A stretch of 64,000 nucleotides of DNA from an uncultured Gemmatimonadaceae bacterium (lineage in GTDB: Bacteria; Gemmatimonadota; Gemmatimonadetes; Gemmatimonadales; Gemmatimonadaceae), in the NCBI GenBank assembly GCA_963843845.1, contig CAWJMB010000003.1:192001-256000 (forward strand), read 5' to 3'. The position numbers and the translations under genes are program-made. Positions 1 through 13,680 of the stretch are shown here, piece by piece; position 1 is the first letter of the stretch, and each line of letters begins with the position of its first letter. The notes beneath the pieces are model-generated. The model was not told where the DNA came from, did not search any database, and saw only the letters and a list, made by a program, of their open reading frames with translations.

Positions 1-575
1 CGTGCGCCCCGGAACGAGGCGCCCGACGGCGTGCATCGCGGCGAGCATCGGCGTGCGCGGCGCGAACGTCGTGACGATCGACTCGCGCGTGCGCGGCGCC
101 AGGGCGCCCAACGCCGCGACGACGTCGGCCGCCGGGTAGTGCAGCAGCGAGTCCATCGCGAGCACGTGGTCGAACGTGCCGAACGTCGCGTCGAGCATGT
201 CGCCGGCGACGTACTCGATGCGCGACGCGACGGCCGACGGCGTGCGCTCCGCGGCGACGGCGAGTAGCGACGGCGCGACGTCGACGGCGACGACGTACGC
301 GCCGCGCTGCGCGAGCGCCACCGCGACCGCGCCGGTGCCGCACCCCGCGTCGAGCACTCGGCGCCCCGCGAGGTCGCGCGGCAGCCACCCGAGCAGCGTG
401 TCGCGCATGAGGTCGCGGCCGGCGCGCACCGAACGCCGCACGCGGCCTAACGACGCCGTCTCCGTCGTGAGCGCGGCCCACTGCGCCGACGCCGTGCGGT
501 CGAAGTACGACGCGACCCACGCCTTGCGCGCGTCGTACGTCGTCGAGTCGGTGAGCGCCGCCTGCGTCGGCTGCA

Positions 576-576
<1 letters not shown>
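1..576 (-). CDS. bchM: Mg-protoporphyrin IX methyltransferase (3' end runs off the left edge)
   Basis: Hand translation from ATG 576, which overlaps the bchL TGA: MQPTQAAL..YFDRTASAQWAALT..VRAGRDLMRDTLLGWLP..RVLDAGCGTG (SAM motif)..FDHVLAMDSLLHYP. Canonical position after bchL. Not in the ORF track because it is incomplete. Confidence 0.93.
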
Positions 577-1478
<902 letters not shown>

Positions 1479-1482
<4 letters not shown>

Positions 1483-4400
1483 GCAGTCACTCCAATGCCT
1501 TCGAGTCGGTCGTCCAGTTCTGCGCTCGCATCCCGCAGCGCGTCGAGCATCTCGTCACTCGGCGCCCAGAAGCCGCGGTCCGCGGCCTCGAGCAACCTCG
1601 CGCCCATCTTCGCCGCCGCGTGCGGGTTCAGCGCGGCGAGCCGTTCCCGCATCGCCTCGTCGAGCACGTACGTCGCCGCGATGTCGCGATACACCCACCC
1701 CGGCACGCTTCCCGTCGTCGCCGACCACCCCATCGTCGTCGTCACGCGCTCGGCGACGAGCCGCGCTCCCTCGTAGCCGTGCTTCAGCATGGCCTCGTGC
1801 CACTTCGGGTTCAGCATCCGCGTCCGCGTCTCGAGCGCCACCTGCTCGGCCATGGTGCGAACCGGAATCTTCGCGGCGCCGCGGTCGGCGACGTACGTCG
1901 GAACGCTCGCGCCACCGCGGGCGGCGGAGACGGCCGCCGTGAGGCCGCCTAACGAATCGACGTACTGGTCGAGATCGGTCGCGCTCGTCTCGACGCCGTC
2001 GAGCGCCTGGTAGGTGAGCGACGCGTCGGCGAGCAGGGCGGTGAACAGCGCGGGCGCGAGACCGGCACGGCGCCGCGGCGGTCGTACGCGAACGCCTTCC
2101 GGCGCGCGAACGCCCGCGCCAGCTCCTCGGGATCGGTCCACGTGCCGCCGTCGACCAGCTGATTCACGTTCGCGCCGTACGTGCCCTCGGCGTTGCCGAA
2201 GACGCGCAGCGCCGCCTCGTCGATCGAGATGTCGTTCGCGCTCGCGGCGGCGAGCGTGTGCGCGCGCACGGGGTTCAGCGCTTCGGGCTCGTCGGCCGTC
2301 GCGGCGAGCGACGCGGCCTCGGCGAGGAGGCGCGTCTGGAGCGGGAACAGGTCGCGGAAGATGCCGGAGAGCGTGACCACGACGTCGATGCGCGGCCGGC
2401 GCAGCTCTTCGAGCGGAAGCAGCCGCGCGCCGCAGACGCGGCCTAACGCGTCCGTCCGCGGCGCGGCGCCCAGCAGCGCGAGCACGAGCCCGACCGACGC
2501 GCCCTCGGACTTGATCGTCTCCGTGCCCCAGAGCACGACGGCGACCGTCTCCGGCAGCGTGCCGGCGTCGCGTGTGTGCCGCGCGAGCAGCGCGTCGGCC
2601 TGCGCGGCGCCCTCGCGCATCGCGGTCGCGCTCGGGATGCGGTACGGATCGAACGCATACACGTTGCGACCCGTGGGGAGCACGGCGGGCGTCCGCAGCA
2701 CGTCGCCCCCTGGGGCAGGCGGTACGAAGCGGCCGTCGAGCGCGCGAACGATCGCCGGCAGTTCGTGATCCTGCGCGAGCAAGCCGTCGATCGCGCCCAG
2801 CCGGTCGAGCCACGCGTGCGACGCGGCCGAGCCGCGGGCGCCTAACGCACGCGACGCCGGGCCGACGTCGCGGGTCTCGACGAGCGCCGTCACCGCCGAC
2901 CGCGCCGCCTCCTCGTCGCCGCCCAGCGACTCGACGAGCGGCGCGATCGGGTCGTCCGCCGGCGTCGCGCCGGGCAGCTCGGCGCGGGCCATCGCGAGCA
3001 GCGTCTCGATCCGTTCGGCCGGGACGGGCGGCGCGCCGACGACGTGCAGCCCGGACGGGATGAGTGTCTGCTCCAGCTCGCGGAGCGCGCCGTCGAGCCG
3101 AGCGACTTGCCGCCGCGCGTCGCCGGTCCACGCCGGTTCCGCATCCGTCAGCTCCAACGCCGCCGCCTGCGCCTGCACGACCTGGACGAGCGACGCATCG
3201 AGCCGCTCGGCCGAGCGCAGTCGGTCGAGCGACGAGCGCAGCTCGCTCAGGCCGCGGTACAGGCCGGCGTGCGTGATCGAGGGCGTGAGGTACGAGATCA
3301 GCGTCGCCGCCGCGCGCCGCTTCGCGAGTGCGCCTTCCGACGGGTTGTTGCAGGCGTAGAGATAGAAGTTCGGCAGGTCGCCCAACAGCCGCTCCGGCCA
3401 GCAGTCTCCCGTGAGGCCGGTCTGCTTCCCGGGCATGAACTCGAGCGCGCCGTGCGTGCCGAAGTGCAGCACCGCGTTCGCGTCGAAGTCCTCGCGCAGC
3501 CAGCGGTAGAACGCCGAGAACGCGTGCGTCGGCGCGAAGCCGCGCTCGAAGAGCAGCCGCATCGGGTCGCCCTCGTAGCCGAACGCCGGCTGCACTCCGA
3601 TGAACACGTTGCCGAGTCGCGCGCCGAGCACGAACAGCGAGCGGCCGTCGGTGAGATGCTGGCCGGGGGCGGCGCCCCAGGCGCGCTCGATCTCCTCGAG
3701 GTGCGGCTCGTCGCGCACGTGCTCGTCGGCGGGGATGCGCGCGTGGATGTGGGCCGGCGCGCCGTCGTCGGCGTCGAGGAGCAGGGCACGCAGCGCGTCG
3801 ACCGACTCCGGCACGTCGACCGTGTAGCCGGCGGCCCGCATCGCGTGCAGCGTGTTGTGCAGCGACGTGAACACGTCGAGGTAGGCGGCCGTGCCGACGC
3901 TCCCGGCGTTCGGCGGGAAGTTGAACAGCACGACCGCGACGCGGCGATCGGCACGCGGCGTGTGGCGAAGCCGCGCGAGCTTGGCGACGCGATCCGCGAG
4001 CCGCTCCACGCGCTCGGCGACCGGCTGCGCCGCGCCGTGCGTCTCGACCCCGTCGCGGTCGCCGGCACCGCCGAACACGTGCGGCGCGATCGCACCGTCG
4101 AGCTCGGGGAGCGCGACCTGCAACGTCGCCTGCAGCGCGTTCAGCCCGCGCGGGTCGGCCTTCCAGTCCTCGATCCCTTGCAGCTCGAGCGTCTGCAGCG
4201 CGAAGTACGGCACGTCGAGCGTGCCCAGCACGGCGTGCGCCGCGGTCGCGTCGTTGTACGCCGGCCCGCCGACGAGCGAGAAGCCGGTGAGCGACACGAC
4301 CGCGTCGAGCTGACCGGCCTCCGCGAGCGGCGTGAAGTACCGCTCGATCGCCGGCCGCCCGTCGAGCCCCGCGGAGAAGGCCGCGACGACACGGAGGCCA

Positions 4401-5275
4401 CGCGCCTCGAGCGCGCGGATCACCGCGTCGTAGTGCGCCGTGTTCCCGGCGAGCACGTACGAGCGCATGAGCAGCAGCCCGATCGTCCCGGTCGTCCCGC
4501 GAGCGGTGTCGCGGGTCCCCGTCGGCAGCGCGCCAGCGTCCTCGGTGACGTGCCCCGAGAGGTCGGGGTGATAGACGCCGACGTCCGGATGCTCGGCGGC
4601 CATCGCGCCGCCGTCGGCCGCGAGCAACTTCGCCCGAGGCCCCGTGCCGTACCGCGAGACCACGATGCGCACGAGACCGGCGAGGTTTTCCGGCGACGCC
4701 GCGAACCAGTGCCTCAGCACGAGATAGTAGGCGCGGACGTCCTGCGCCGTGCCGGGGATGAAGCGGAGCAGCGCCGGCACGCGTCGCAGCGCCTTCATCT
4801 GCCGCTCGCCGCTGCCCGCCGTGTCCGACGAGCCCTTCGCGCCGGTCAGCCGACGCATGATGCCTAACGGCGACCAGGCGCCGGGCGCCTCGCCGTCCAT
4901 GCGGAACTTGCCCATGCGCGTGAGGCGCATGAGCGGCGCGGCGCAGATCGCACAGACGATGGCGTCGCACTGCCCCTGCCGCGCAGTCAACGCCTCGAGC
5001 ACCGCGTCGACGTGCTCATCGAGGAAGAGCTGCGTGACGAGCAGGAAATCGGCGCGCGCGATGTCCTCGCGGCAACGCCGCAGCGTCTCCGGGCGCGCCT
5101 CCCACTCCGCCGCCACGTGCACGCTCACCGTCAGCCCCGGCGCCTCGGCGCGGAGCCGCGCCTGCGCGGCGCTGACGGCGCTCGCGAGGTGCGCGTTCAG
5201 CGTGACGATGACGAACCGCGCCGAGCGCGACGTCGTCGTCACGGGCTGCTCAGCGGCCGAAGTGCGCTTTGGCAT
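1479..5275 (-). CDS. bchH: Magnesium chelatase subunit H (frameshift near 2065)
   Basis: Starts MPKRTSAA at ATG 5275, overlapping the end of bchB. Contains [57 protein letters not shown] and SGIFRDL. The C-terminus [26 protein letters not shown] is in ORF 1479..4970. Confidence 0.96.
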
Positions 5276-6878
5276 CGTAGAGCGTCTCGACCGAGATCTC
5301 GACCAGTCCCTGCTCGCGCGCGAACGACTCCGTGTTGCGCCGCGCCTTCGGCCGCACGAAGAACGGAATCTTCGCCAGCTCGCGCTCCGCGTCGGTGCTC
5401 CAGCGCGCGACGGTGACGGGCGGCGGGGCGACGGCAGTGGCGACAGGGAGGTCGCGACCGGTGTCACGAGCGGTGGTGCGGCGGTGGCGTGCGGGCGCCG
5501 CCGCGCCCGCCGCCGCGCCCGCCGCGTGGCCCAGGTGCGACGGCGCCGCCCCGTCGTGAAACTCGAAGTCGTCGCGGAACATCGTCAGCAGGTGCTCCTC
5601 GAGTCCCATCATGAGCGGGTGCACCCACGTGTCGAACAGCACGTTCGCCCCCTCGACGCCCATCTGCGGCGCGTGGCGGGCGGGAAAGTCCTGCACGTGG
5701 ATCGGCGCCGAGATCACCGCGCACGGCACGCCGAGGCGCTTCGCGACGTGGCGCTCCATCTGGGTGCCCAACACCAGCTCCGGCGCCGCCGCGGCGATCG
5801 CCGACTCGACGTCGAGGTAGTCGTCGCTGATGAGCGCCGTGAGCCCGTACTCGGCCGCCGCGGCGCGGACCTCGCGCGCCATCTCGCGGCTGTACGTGCC
5901 GAGCCCGACGAGCGTGAAGCCGAGCTCCGTCGTCGCGACGCGCGCCGCGGCGATCGCGTGCGCGCCGTCGCCGAACACGAACACGCGCTTGCCGGTGAGG
6001 TACGTCGAGTCGACCGAGCGCGAGTACCACGGCAGCCGTGCGCGCGACGCGACCTCCTCGGCGAGCGACTCGCCGTCGGTGCGGCCCAACAGTCGCGCGA
6101 CCTCGCGCACGAAGTCACGCGTCGCACCGACGCCGATCGGAACGACGCGCGTGTATGGTTGCCCGAACGACCGCTCGAGCCACTGCGCCGTCGACGTGGC
6201 GACTTCCGGGTAGAGCACCACGTTGAACCCCGCGTCCGGCAGTCGCTCGATGTCCGCCATCGAGGCGCCCAACGGCGCGACGACGTTCACCGAGACGCCG
6301 AGGGCCTCGAGCAGCTCGCGGACCTCGCGCACGTCGTCGCGGTGGCGGAAGCCCAACGACGTGGGGCCGAGGATGTTGCAGCGCGCCGCGACGCTCGCGG
6401 GGCGCGGGAGCGCGGGCGTCGCATTGCGCGCCGCGCGGTCGCCCAGCGTCGAGCGAACGATGCGATAGAGCGTCTCGCTCGCGCCCCAGTTCTCCTTCTT
6501 CGAGTACGCCGACAGCTCCACCGGAATGACCGGCACCGGCAGCCCACACGCCTCGCCGAGCCCGCCAGGATCGTCCTGGATCAGCTCTGCCGTACACGAC
6601 GCGGACACGAGCACCGCCGACGGGCGGAACCGCTCGTACGCGTCGCGCACCGAGGTCATGAACAGGTTCGCCGTGTCGCCACCCAGATCGCGCGCTTGGA
6701 ACGTCGTGTACGTGACCGGCGGGCGTGACGCGCGGCGCTCGATCATCGTGAACAGGAGGTCGGCGTACGTGTCGCCCTGCGGGGCGTGCAGCACCAGGTG
6801 GACGTCGCGCATCGACGCGGCGACGCGCATCACGCCGACGTGCGGCGGTCCCTCGTAGGTCCAGACGGAGAGCTGCAC
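5250..6878 (-). CDS. bchB: DPOR subunit B
   Basis: [57 protein letters not shown]-terminal [20 protein letters not shown] start with an AGAGGA RBS. Confidence 0.97.
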   Translation of the reverse strand: MQLSVWTYEGPPHVGVMRVAASMRDVHLVLHAPQGDTYADLLFTMIERRASRPPVTYTTFQARDLGGDTANLFMTSVRDAYERFRPSAVLVSASCTAELIQDDPGGLGEACGLPVPVIPVELSAYSKKENWGASETLYRIVRSTLGDRAARNATPALPRPASVAARCNILGPTSLGFRHRDDVREVRELLEALGVSVNVVAPLGASMADIERLPDAGFNVVLYPEVATSTAQWLERSFGQPYTRVVPIGVGATRDFVREVARLLGRTDGESLAEEVASRARLPWYSRSVDSTYLTGKRVFVFGDGAHAIAAARVATTELGFTLVGLGTYSREMAREVRAAAAEYGLTALISDDYLDVESAIAAAAPELVLGTQMERHVAKRLGVPCAVISAPIHVQDFPARHAPQMGVEGANVLFDTWVHPLMMGLEEHLLTMFRDDFEFHDGAAPSHLGHAAGAAAGAAAPARHRRTTARDTGRDLPVATAVAPPPVTVARWSTDAERELAKIPFFVRPKARRNTESFAREQGLVEISVETLYDAKAHFGR

Positions 6879-6888
6879 GCGGTGTCCT

Positions 6889-8876
<1,988 letters not shown>

Positions 8877-8982
8877 AATCACGAATGCCAGCGCATGTTC
8901 CGCCGCCACGGAAACCGAAGCACGCTCCGTGGCTCGTGTTCACCGCCGTCCTCCTCCCCCCTCCCGCGCCTTGGGGTATCCC

Positions 8983-9801
8983 ATGAGCGACGCACGACGC
9001 CGGCGCGACCTCTCGACCAGCCCTGATAGCGGTGCGGCGCTCACCCTCGCGCGCACCGTCGAGCACGAGCTGGTGCCGCGCCTGCTCCTCGCCCACCGCG
9101 TCGGGCCGCACGCGCCGCGGCAGACCGCGCTCGCCGTCGAGATGGTCTCGGCGGCCGACCTCGACAGCTATCTCTCGCTCGTGCTGACCGGCGGCGACGA
9201 CGCGAACGACCGCTTCGTGAGCGCGCTGATCGACCGCGGCGCGACGGTCGACGCCGTCTTCCTCGATCTCATCGCGCCGACGGCGCGCACGCTCGGCGAC
9301 CGGTGGTCCGAGGACAGCTGCGACTTCGTGGAGGTCACGTTCGCGCTCGGGCGGCTGCAGCGGGCCTTGCGGCTGCTGTCGCACGCGTTCGCGGCGCCTG
9401 CCACGACGGCGACCGCCGGGCGCCTGCTCCTCTCGAGTGTGCCCGGCGAGCAGCACACGCTCGGGCTGCTGATGGTCGGCGAGTTCCTCATCCGCGAGGG
9501 GTGGGAGGTGACGATCGCCTTCCCGCACGATCGCAAGCGCCCCCACGATCTCGCCCGCGCCGAGTCGTACGACGTCGTCGCATTCTCGGCGTCGTGCGAC
9601 AGCAGCTTGCCGCACCTGCGGCGCGAGATCGCCGACGTGCGCCGCTACTCCCGGAACCCCCGCGTGGGTATCATGGTCGGTGGGCGGTGCTTCGTCGAGC
9701 ACCCCGAGCTCGTCGCGCGGGTCGGCGGCGACATGACCGCCACCGACGGCCGCGCGGCACCCGACCAGGCTCGCGCGCTCGTCACCGCCATGCACAGCTG
9801 A
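8983..9801 (+). CDS. aerR: Cobalamin-binding photosystem regulator AerR/PpaA
   Basis: LVPRLLLAHR, ARTLGDRWSEDSCDFVEVT, B12-binding motif GEQHTLG (ExHxxG), IMVGG. Immediately upstream of ppsR. Confidence 0.9.
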   Translation: MSDARRRRDLSTSPDSGAALTLARTVEHELVPRLLLAHRVGPHAPRQTALAVEMVSAADLDSYLSLVLTGGDDANDRFVSALIDRGATVDAVFLDLIAPTARTLGDRWSEDSCDFVEVTFALGRLQRALRLLSHAFAAPATTATAGRLLLSSVPGEQHTLGLLMVGEFLIREGWEVTIAFPHDRKRPHDLARAESYDVVAFSASCDSSLPHLRREIADVRRYSRNPRVGIMVGGRCFVEHPELVARVGGDMTATDGRAAPDQARALVTAMHS

Positions 9802-9812
9802 AGACGTCTCGG

Positions 9813-11315
9813 ATGGCGACGAAGAAGTGGACGCGACCTGTGACGGCGGCGGGCGCCTCGGGCGACCTGGGCGCCGCGAGCGCCGCCGACGTCGAGCTGG
9901 CGCAGGCCATCGTGTCGCTCGACGGCGAGGCGGCCGCCGGCATCGTCGCGGCGATCAGCGACGTCGCCATCGTCGTCGACGCGCAGGGCACGATCCGCTC
10001 GGCGCGGGCAGGGAACAACGAAGCGCTGTCGCGCGCCATCGTGTCGTGGGTCGGGCGCCGGTGGGTCGACACGGTCACCTCCGAGACGCGCAGCAAGATC
10101 GACCTGCTGCTGCGTGACGCCGCGGCCGGTGGAAGCTCGCCGCGCCGCCAGGTCAACCACATCACCGCCGAAGGCGACGACCTGCCGGTGTCGTACGCGG
10201 CGGTCCGACTCGCGCAGGACGGGATGGTGCTCGCCGCCGGCCGCGACCTGCGCGCCGTCTCGGTGCTGCAGAAGCGGCTCGTCGAGACGCAGCAGGCGAT
10301 GGAGCGCGACTACTGGAAGCTGCGCAGCGTCGAGACGCGCTACCGCCTGCTCTTCCAGCTCTCCGACGAAGCGGTGCTCATCGTCGATGCCGGCACGCGC
10401 CAGATCGTCGACGCGAACGCCGCCGCGCTGCGGGCGCTCGACCTGCCAGCGGAGCGGCTGCTCGGACAGCCGTTCCCGGTCGGCGTCGACGCCGCCGCCG
10501 CGGCGACGCTCGGCGAACTGCTCGGACGGACGCGGGCGGCCGGGCGCGCGGAGCCGGTCATCGTCGAGCTGCAGAACGGCCGCGAGATGCGCGCATCGGC
10601 GTCGTTCTTCCGACAGGACTCGGCGACGATGTTCCTCGTGCGCCTCGTGCCGGTCGGCGACGACTGGGCGCCGTCGGGCGTCGGCGCGTCGGTCTCCGAG
10701 CTGCTCGCGAACGCGCCCGACGGGTTCGTCGTCACCACGCTCGCCGGCGACGTGCTCCAGGCGAACCAGACGTTCCTCGACATCGCGCAGATCGGCTCCG
10801 AGGAGCACGCGCGCGGCCGCTCGATCAGCGAGTGGATCGGCCGGCCGGGCGCGGACCTCGGCGTCATGCTCGAGACGCTGCGGCAGCATGGGGTCGTGCG
10901 ACTGCTCGCGACGACGGCGCACGGCGAACATGGCAACGCCACCGAGGTCGAAGTCTCCGCGGTGTGGGCGCCCGACGCCCCGCAGCCGTGCATCGGCTTC
11001 CTCGTCCGCGACATCGGGCGGCGCGTGGCGATGGGCGCGCAGGGCGCGCGCGACCTCACGCGCGCCGTCGAGCAGCTCACCGACCTCGTCGGGCGCACGT
11101 CGCTGCCAGATCTGCTGCGCGACACGGTCGACCTCGTGGAGCGCCACTTCATCGAGGCCGCACTCGAACTGACGCACGACAACCGAACGGCGGCGGCGGA
11201 GGTGCTCGGGCTCAGCCGCCAGAGCCTGTACGTCAAGCTGCGACGATACCATCTGCTCGCCCCGACGGACGACGGCGACACCGACGGGTCGTCTCGAGAG
11301 TCGCGGCACACCTGA
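9813..11315 (+). CDS. ppsR: Photosynthesis repressor PpsR/CrtJ (PAS domains + Fis-type HTH)
   Basis: QQAMERDYWKLRSVETRYRLLF, NAPDGFVV, C-terminal IEAALELTHDNRTAAAEVLGLSRQSLYVKLRRY. Confidence 0.95.
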   Translation: MATKKWTRPVTAAGASGDLGAASAADVELAQAIVSLDGEAAAGIVAAISDVAIVVDAQGTIRSARAGNNEALSRAIVSWVGRRWVDTVTSETRSKIDLLLRDAAAGGSSPRRQVNHITAEGDDLPVSYAAVRLAQDGMVLAAGRDLRAVSVLQKRLVETQQAMERDYWKLRSVETRYRLLFQLSDEAVLIVDAGTRQIVDANAAALRALDLPAERLLGQPFPVGVDAAAAATLGELLGRTRAAGRAEPVIVELQNGREMRASASFFRQDSATMFLVRLVPVGDDWAPSGVGASVSELLANAPDGFVVTTLAGDVLQANQTFLDIAQIGSEEHARGRSISEWIGRPGADLGVMLETLRQHGVVRLLATTAHGEHGNATEVEVSAVWAPDAPQPCIGFLVRDIGRRVAMGAQGARDLTRAVEQLTDLVGRTSLPDLLRDTVDLVERHFIEAALELTHDNRTAAAEVLGLSRQSLYVKLRRYHLLAPTDDGDTDGSSRESRHT

Positions 11316-11356
11316 CCGATCGACGGCGCCACCCGGCGCCGATTCGTACCTCCGAC

Positions 11357-11374
11357 TGTAAATCAAACTTGACG
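11357..11374. promoter_or_regulatory. PpsR-type box 3 bp upstream of the bchG start
   Basis: TGTAAA-TCAAAC-TTGACG: an AT-rich island with the same TGT-N12-ACG form as 8843-8860. Confidence 0.7.
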
Positions 11375-11377
11375 GTC

Positions 11378-12293
11378 ATGGGCGTCACGCTATCATTGCA
11401 CTCGGGGTCACGACGGCTCCGGCCGGCGGTGGTGCTCGAGCTGCTGAAGCCGATCACCTGGTTTCCGCCGATGTGGGCGTTCGCCTGCGGCGCCGTGTCC
11501 GCGGGAGGGGCGCTGCGCGAGCGGTGGCCGGTGGTGCTCGTCGGGGTGCTCGTCGCAGGGCCGCTCGTGTGCGGCGCCAGCCAAGCGGTGAACGACTGGT
11601 TCGATCGTGAGGTGGACGCGGTGAACGAGCCTCGCCGGCCCATACCGTCGGGACGTCTTCCCGGCCGCAGCGGCCTCGCCGTGGCGGTCGGATGGTCGCT
11701 GCTGTCGCTCGCCGCCGGCGCGCTCCTCGGCGTGCGCGGCTTCCTCGCGACGCTCGCCGCCGTCGCGCTGGCGTGGGCGTACAGCGCGCCGCCGCTCCGT
11801 CTCAAGGCCAACGGCTGGTTCGGGAACGCCGCCGTCGGCCTGTCCTACGAGACGCTCGCCTGGATCACCGGCGCGATCGTCGCGAGCGGCGGCCGCACCC
11901 CGGTGACCACCATCGCCCTCGTCGCGCTCCTCTACGGCCTCGGCGCGCACGGCATCCTCACGCTGAACGATTTCAAGGCGATCGAGGGGACTGCGCTTCG
12001 GCGTGCGGTCGCTCCCCGTGCAGCTCGGCGTGCAGCGCGCGGGGCAGGTCGCGTGCGCCGTGATGCTCGTGCCGCAGCTCGTCGTCGTCGCGCTGCTGGT
12101 CTCACTCGGCGCCACGGGCTCGGCGGCGCTCCTCGCGGCGATCGTCGCGCTGCAGTTGCCGCTCATGCGCCGCTTCCTCGGCGCGGTGCGCGAGCGGGCG
12201 CTCTGGTACAGCGCGGTCGGCGTGCCGGTCTACGTGACCGGCATGATGATCAGCGCCGTCGCCCTGCGACATACCGGAGTGATGGCGACGTGA
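11378..12293 (+). CDS. bchG: Bacteriochlorophyll synthase (frameshift near 11990)
   Basis: LELLKPITWFPPMWAF, SQAVNDWFDREVDAVNEPRRPIPSGR, WAYSAPPLRLK, TLNDFKAIEG, continuing as RSLPVQLG..WYSAVGVPVYVTGMM in ORF 12003..12293. Confidence 0.94.
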
Positions 12294-13669
12294 CGCGCGA
12301 CGTGACGCGCGACGTGTCGTGGGGGCGCGTCGTCCGCCTCGGGCTCGTGCAGCTCGCCATCGGCGCCGTCGCGGCGCTGCTCACGTCGGTGCTGAACCGC
12401 GTGATGGTCGTCGAACTCGGCCTTCCCGCCACCGTGCCGAGCGCGCTGGTCGCGATGCACTTCGCGGTGCAGATGCTGCGCGCGCCGATGGGGCACGCGT
12501 CGGACCTCGGCGGGCGGCGGCGCTGGATCTTCGGCGGCGCGGTGGGGCTCGCCGCGGGCGCGACGCTCGCCGCATTCGGACTCTCGGTCGCCGTGGCGGA
12601 TCGCGCGCCGGGCCTCGCGCTCGCCGCGGTCGGCGTCGCACTGATCGGGCTCGGCATGAGCGCGTCGGGGACGGCGTTGCTCGCCGAAATCGCGGACGTC
12701 GTCGCACCGGAGCGGCTCGGGCGCGCGGCGGCGCTGCTGTGGGTCATGATGCTCGTCGGGATCGTCGCGACGGCCGGCGGAGCGGGAGCGGTGCTCGACC
12801 CGTTCACGTTCCGGCAGCTCGTGCACGTCTGCGCGGCGGTCGGCGTCATCGGTCTCGTCTTCGCCGCCGTCGCAGCGACGGGCGCGCGCGCCGTGCCGAA
12901 GGCGACGCCGAGCGGAGCGCGGATCGGAGTGCCGCACGCGCCCGTCGCGGGCGCGCCCGAGCCGTCGTTCCGCGAGGCCGTCCAGGCCGTCTGGAGCGAT
13001 CCGACGACGCGCGGCTTCGCGACGTTCGTGTTCGCCGCGATGCTCGCGTTCAGCATGCAGGACCTCATCCTCGAGCCCTACGCGGGGATCGTGTTCAACC
13101 TCTCGCCCGGCGCGTCGACGCGGCTCGGCGGGACGCAGCATGCCGGCGTGCTCGTCGGGCTCGTCGGCGCGGCGCTGCTCAGCGCGCGGGTCGGCACGCT
13201 GCGCGCGTGGGCGGTCGGCGGATGCGCGGCGAGTGGGCTCGCGCTGTTCGCGCTCGCGACGACGCCGGCGTCGGGATCGCTCGCCGTGCTGCGCGTCGCG
13301 GTGTTCGCGCTCGGCCTCGCGAACGGCGCATTCGCGGTCGGCGCGTTGGGCGCGATGATGGCCATCACCGCAGGCGACCGCGCGGCCGACGGCTCGTCGC
13401 GTGCCGGACTCCGCGTCGGCGTCTTCGGCGCGGCGCAGGCGATCGCGTACGGACTCGGCGGGCTGCTCGGCGGCGTGCTGAGCGACGTCGCGCGCGCGGC
13501 GTCAGGGTCGGCTGCGCGCGGGTATGGCGTGGTGTTCATGATCGAAGGGGTGCTGTTCATCGCGGCCGCCTGGATGGCCGCGCGCAGCACGCCCGATGTC
13601 GGTCCCTCTTCCCGCGGCGTGGCGCAGTCCGACGCGCACGGCGCCGCGCTCCTCGCAGCGATCCGCTGA
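12290..13669 (+). CDS. pucC: BCD-family (PucC/LhaA-like) MFS protein
   Basis: SWGRVVRLGLVQ, TSVLNRVMVVEL, GHASD, FSMQDLILEPYAG, GVFGAAQAIAYG. Lies between bchG and bchP with a GTGA overlap. Confidence 0.88.
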   Translation: MTRDVTRDVSWGRVVRLGLVQLAIGAVAALLTSVLNRVMVVELGLPATVPSALVAMHFAVQMLRAPMGHASDLGGRRRWIFGGAVGLAAGATLAAFGLSVAVADRAPGLALAAVGVALIGLGMSASGTALLAEIADVVAPERLGRAAALLWVMMLVGIVATAGGAGAVLDPFTFRQLVHVCAAVGVIGLVFAAVAATGARAVPKATPSGARIGVPHAPVAGAPEPSFREAVQAVWSDPTTRGFATFVFAAMLAFSMQDLILEPYAGIVFNLSPGASTRLGGTQHAGVLVGLVGAALLSARVGTLRAWAVGGCAASGLALFALATTPASGSLAVLRVAVFALGLANGAFAVGALGAMMAITAGDRAADGSSRAGLRVGVFGAAQAIAYGLGGLLGGVLSDVARAASGSAARGYGVVFMIEGVLFIAAAWMAARSTPDVGPSSRGVAQSDAHGAALLAAIR

Positions 13670-13680
13670 CGAACTCGCCT

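Noticed and set aside
10832..13669. Apparent 945-aa BchG-PucC fusion in the ORF track
   Set aside because: Artefact of the frameshift near 11990. The BchG C-terminus is in another frame, and pucC has its own GTG overlapping the bchG stop.
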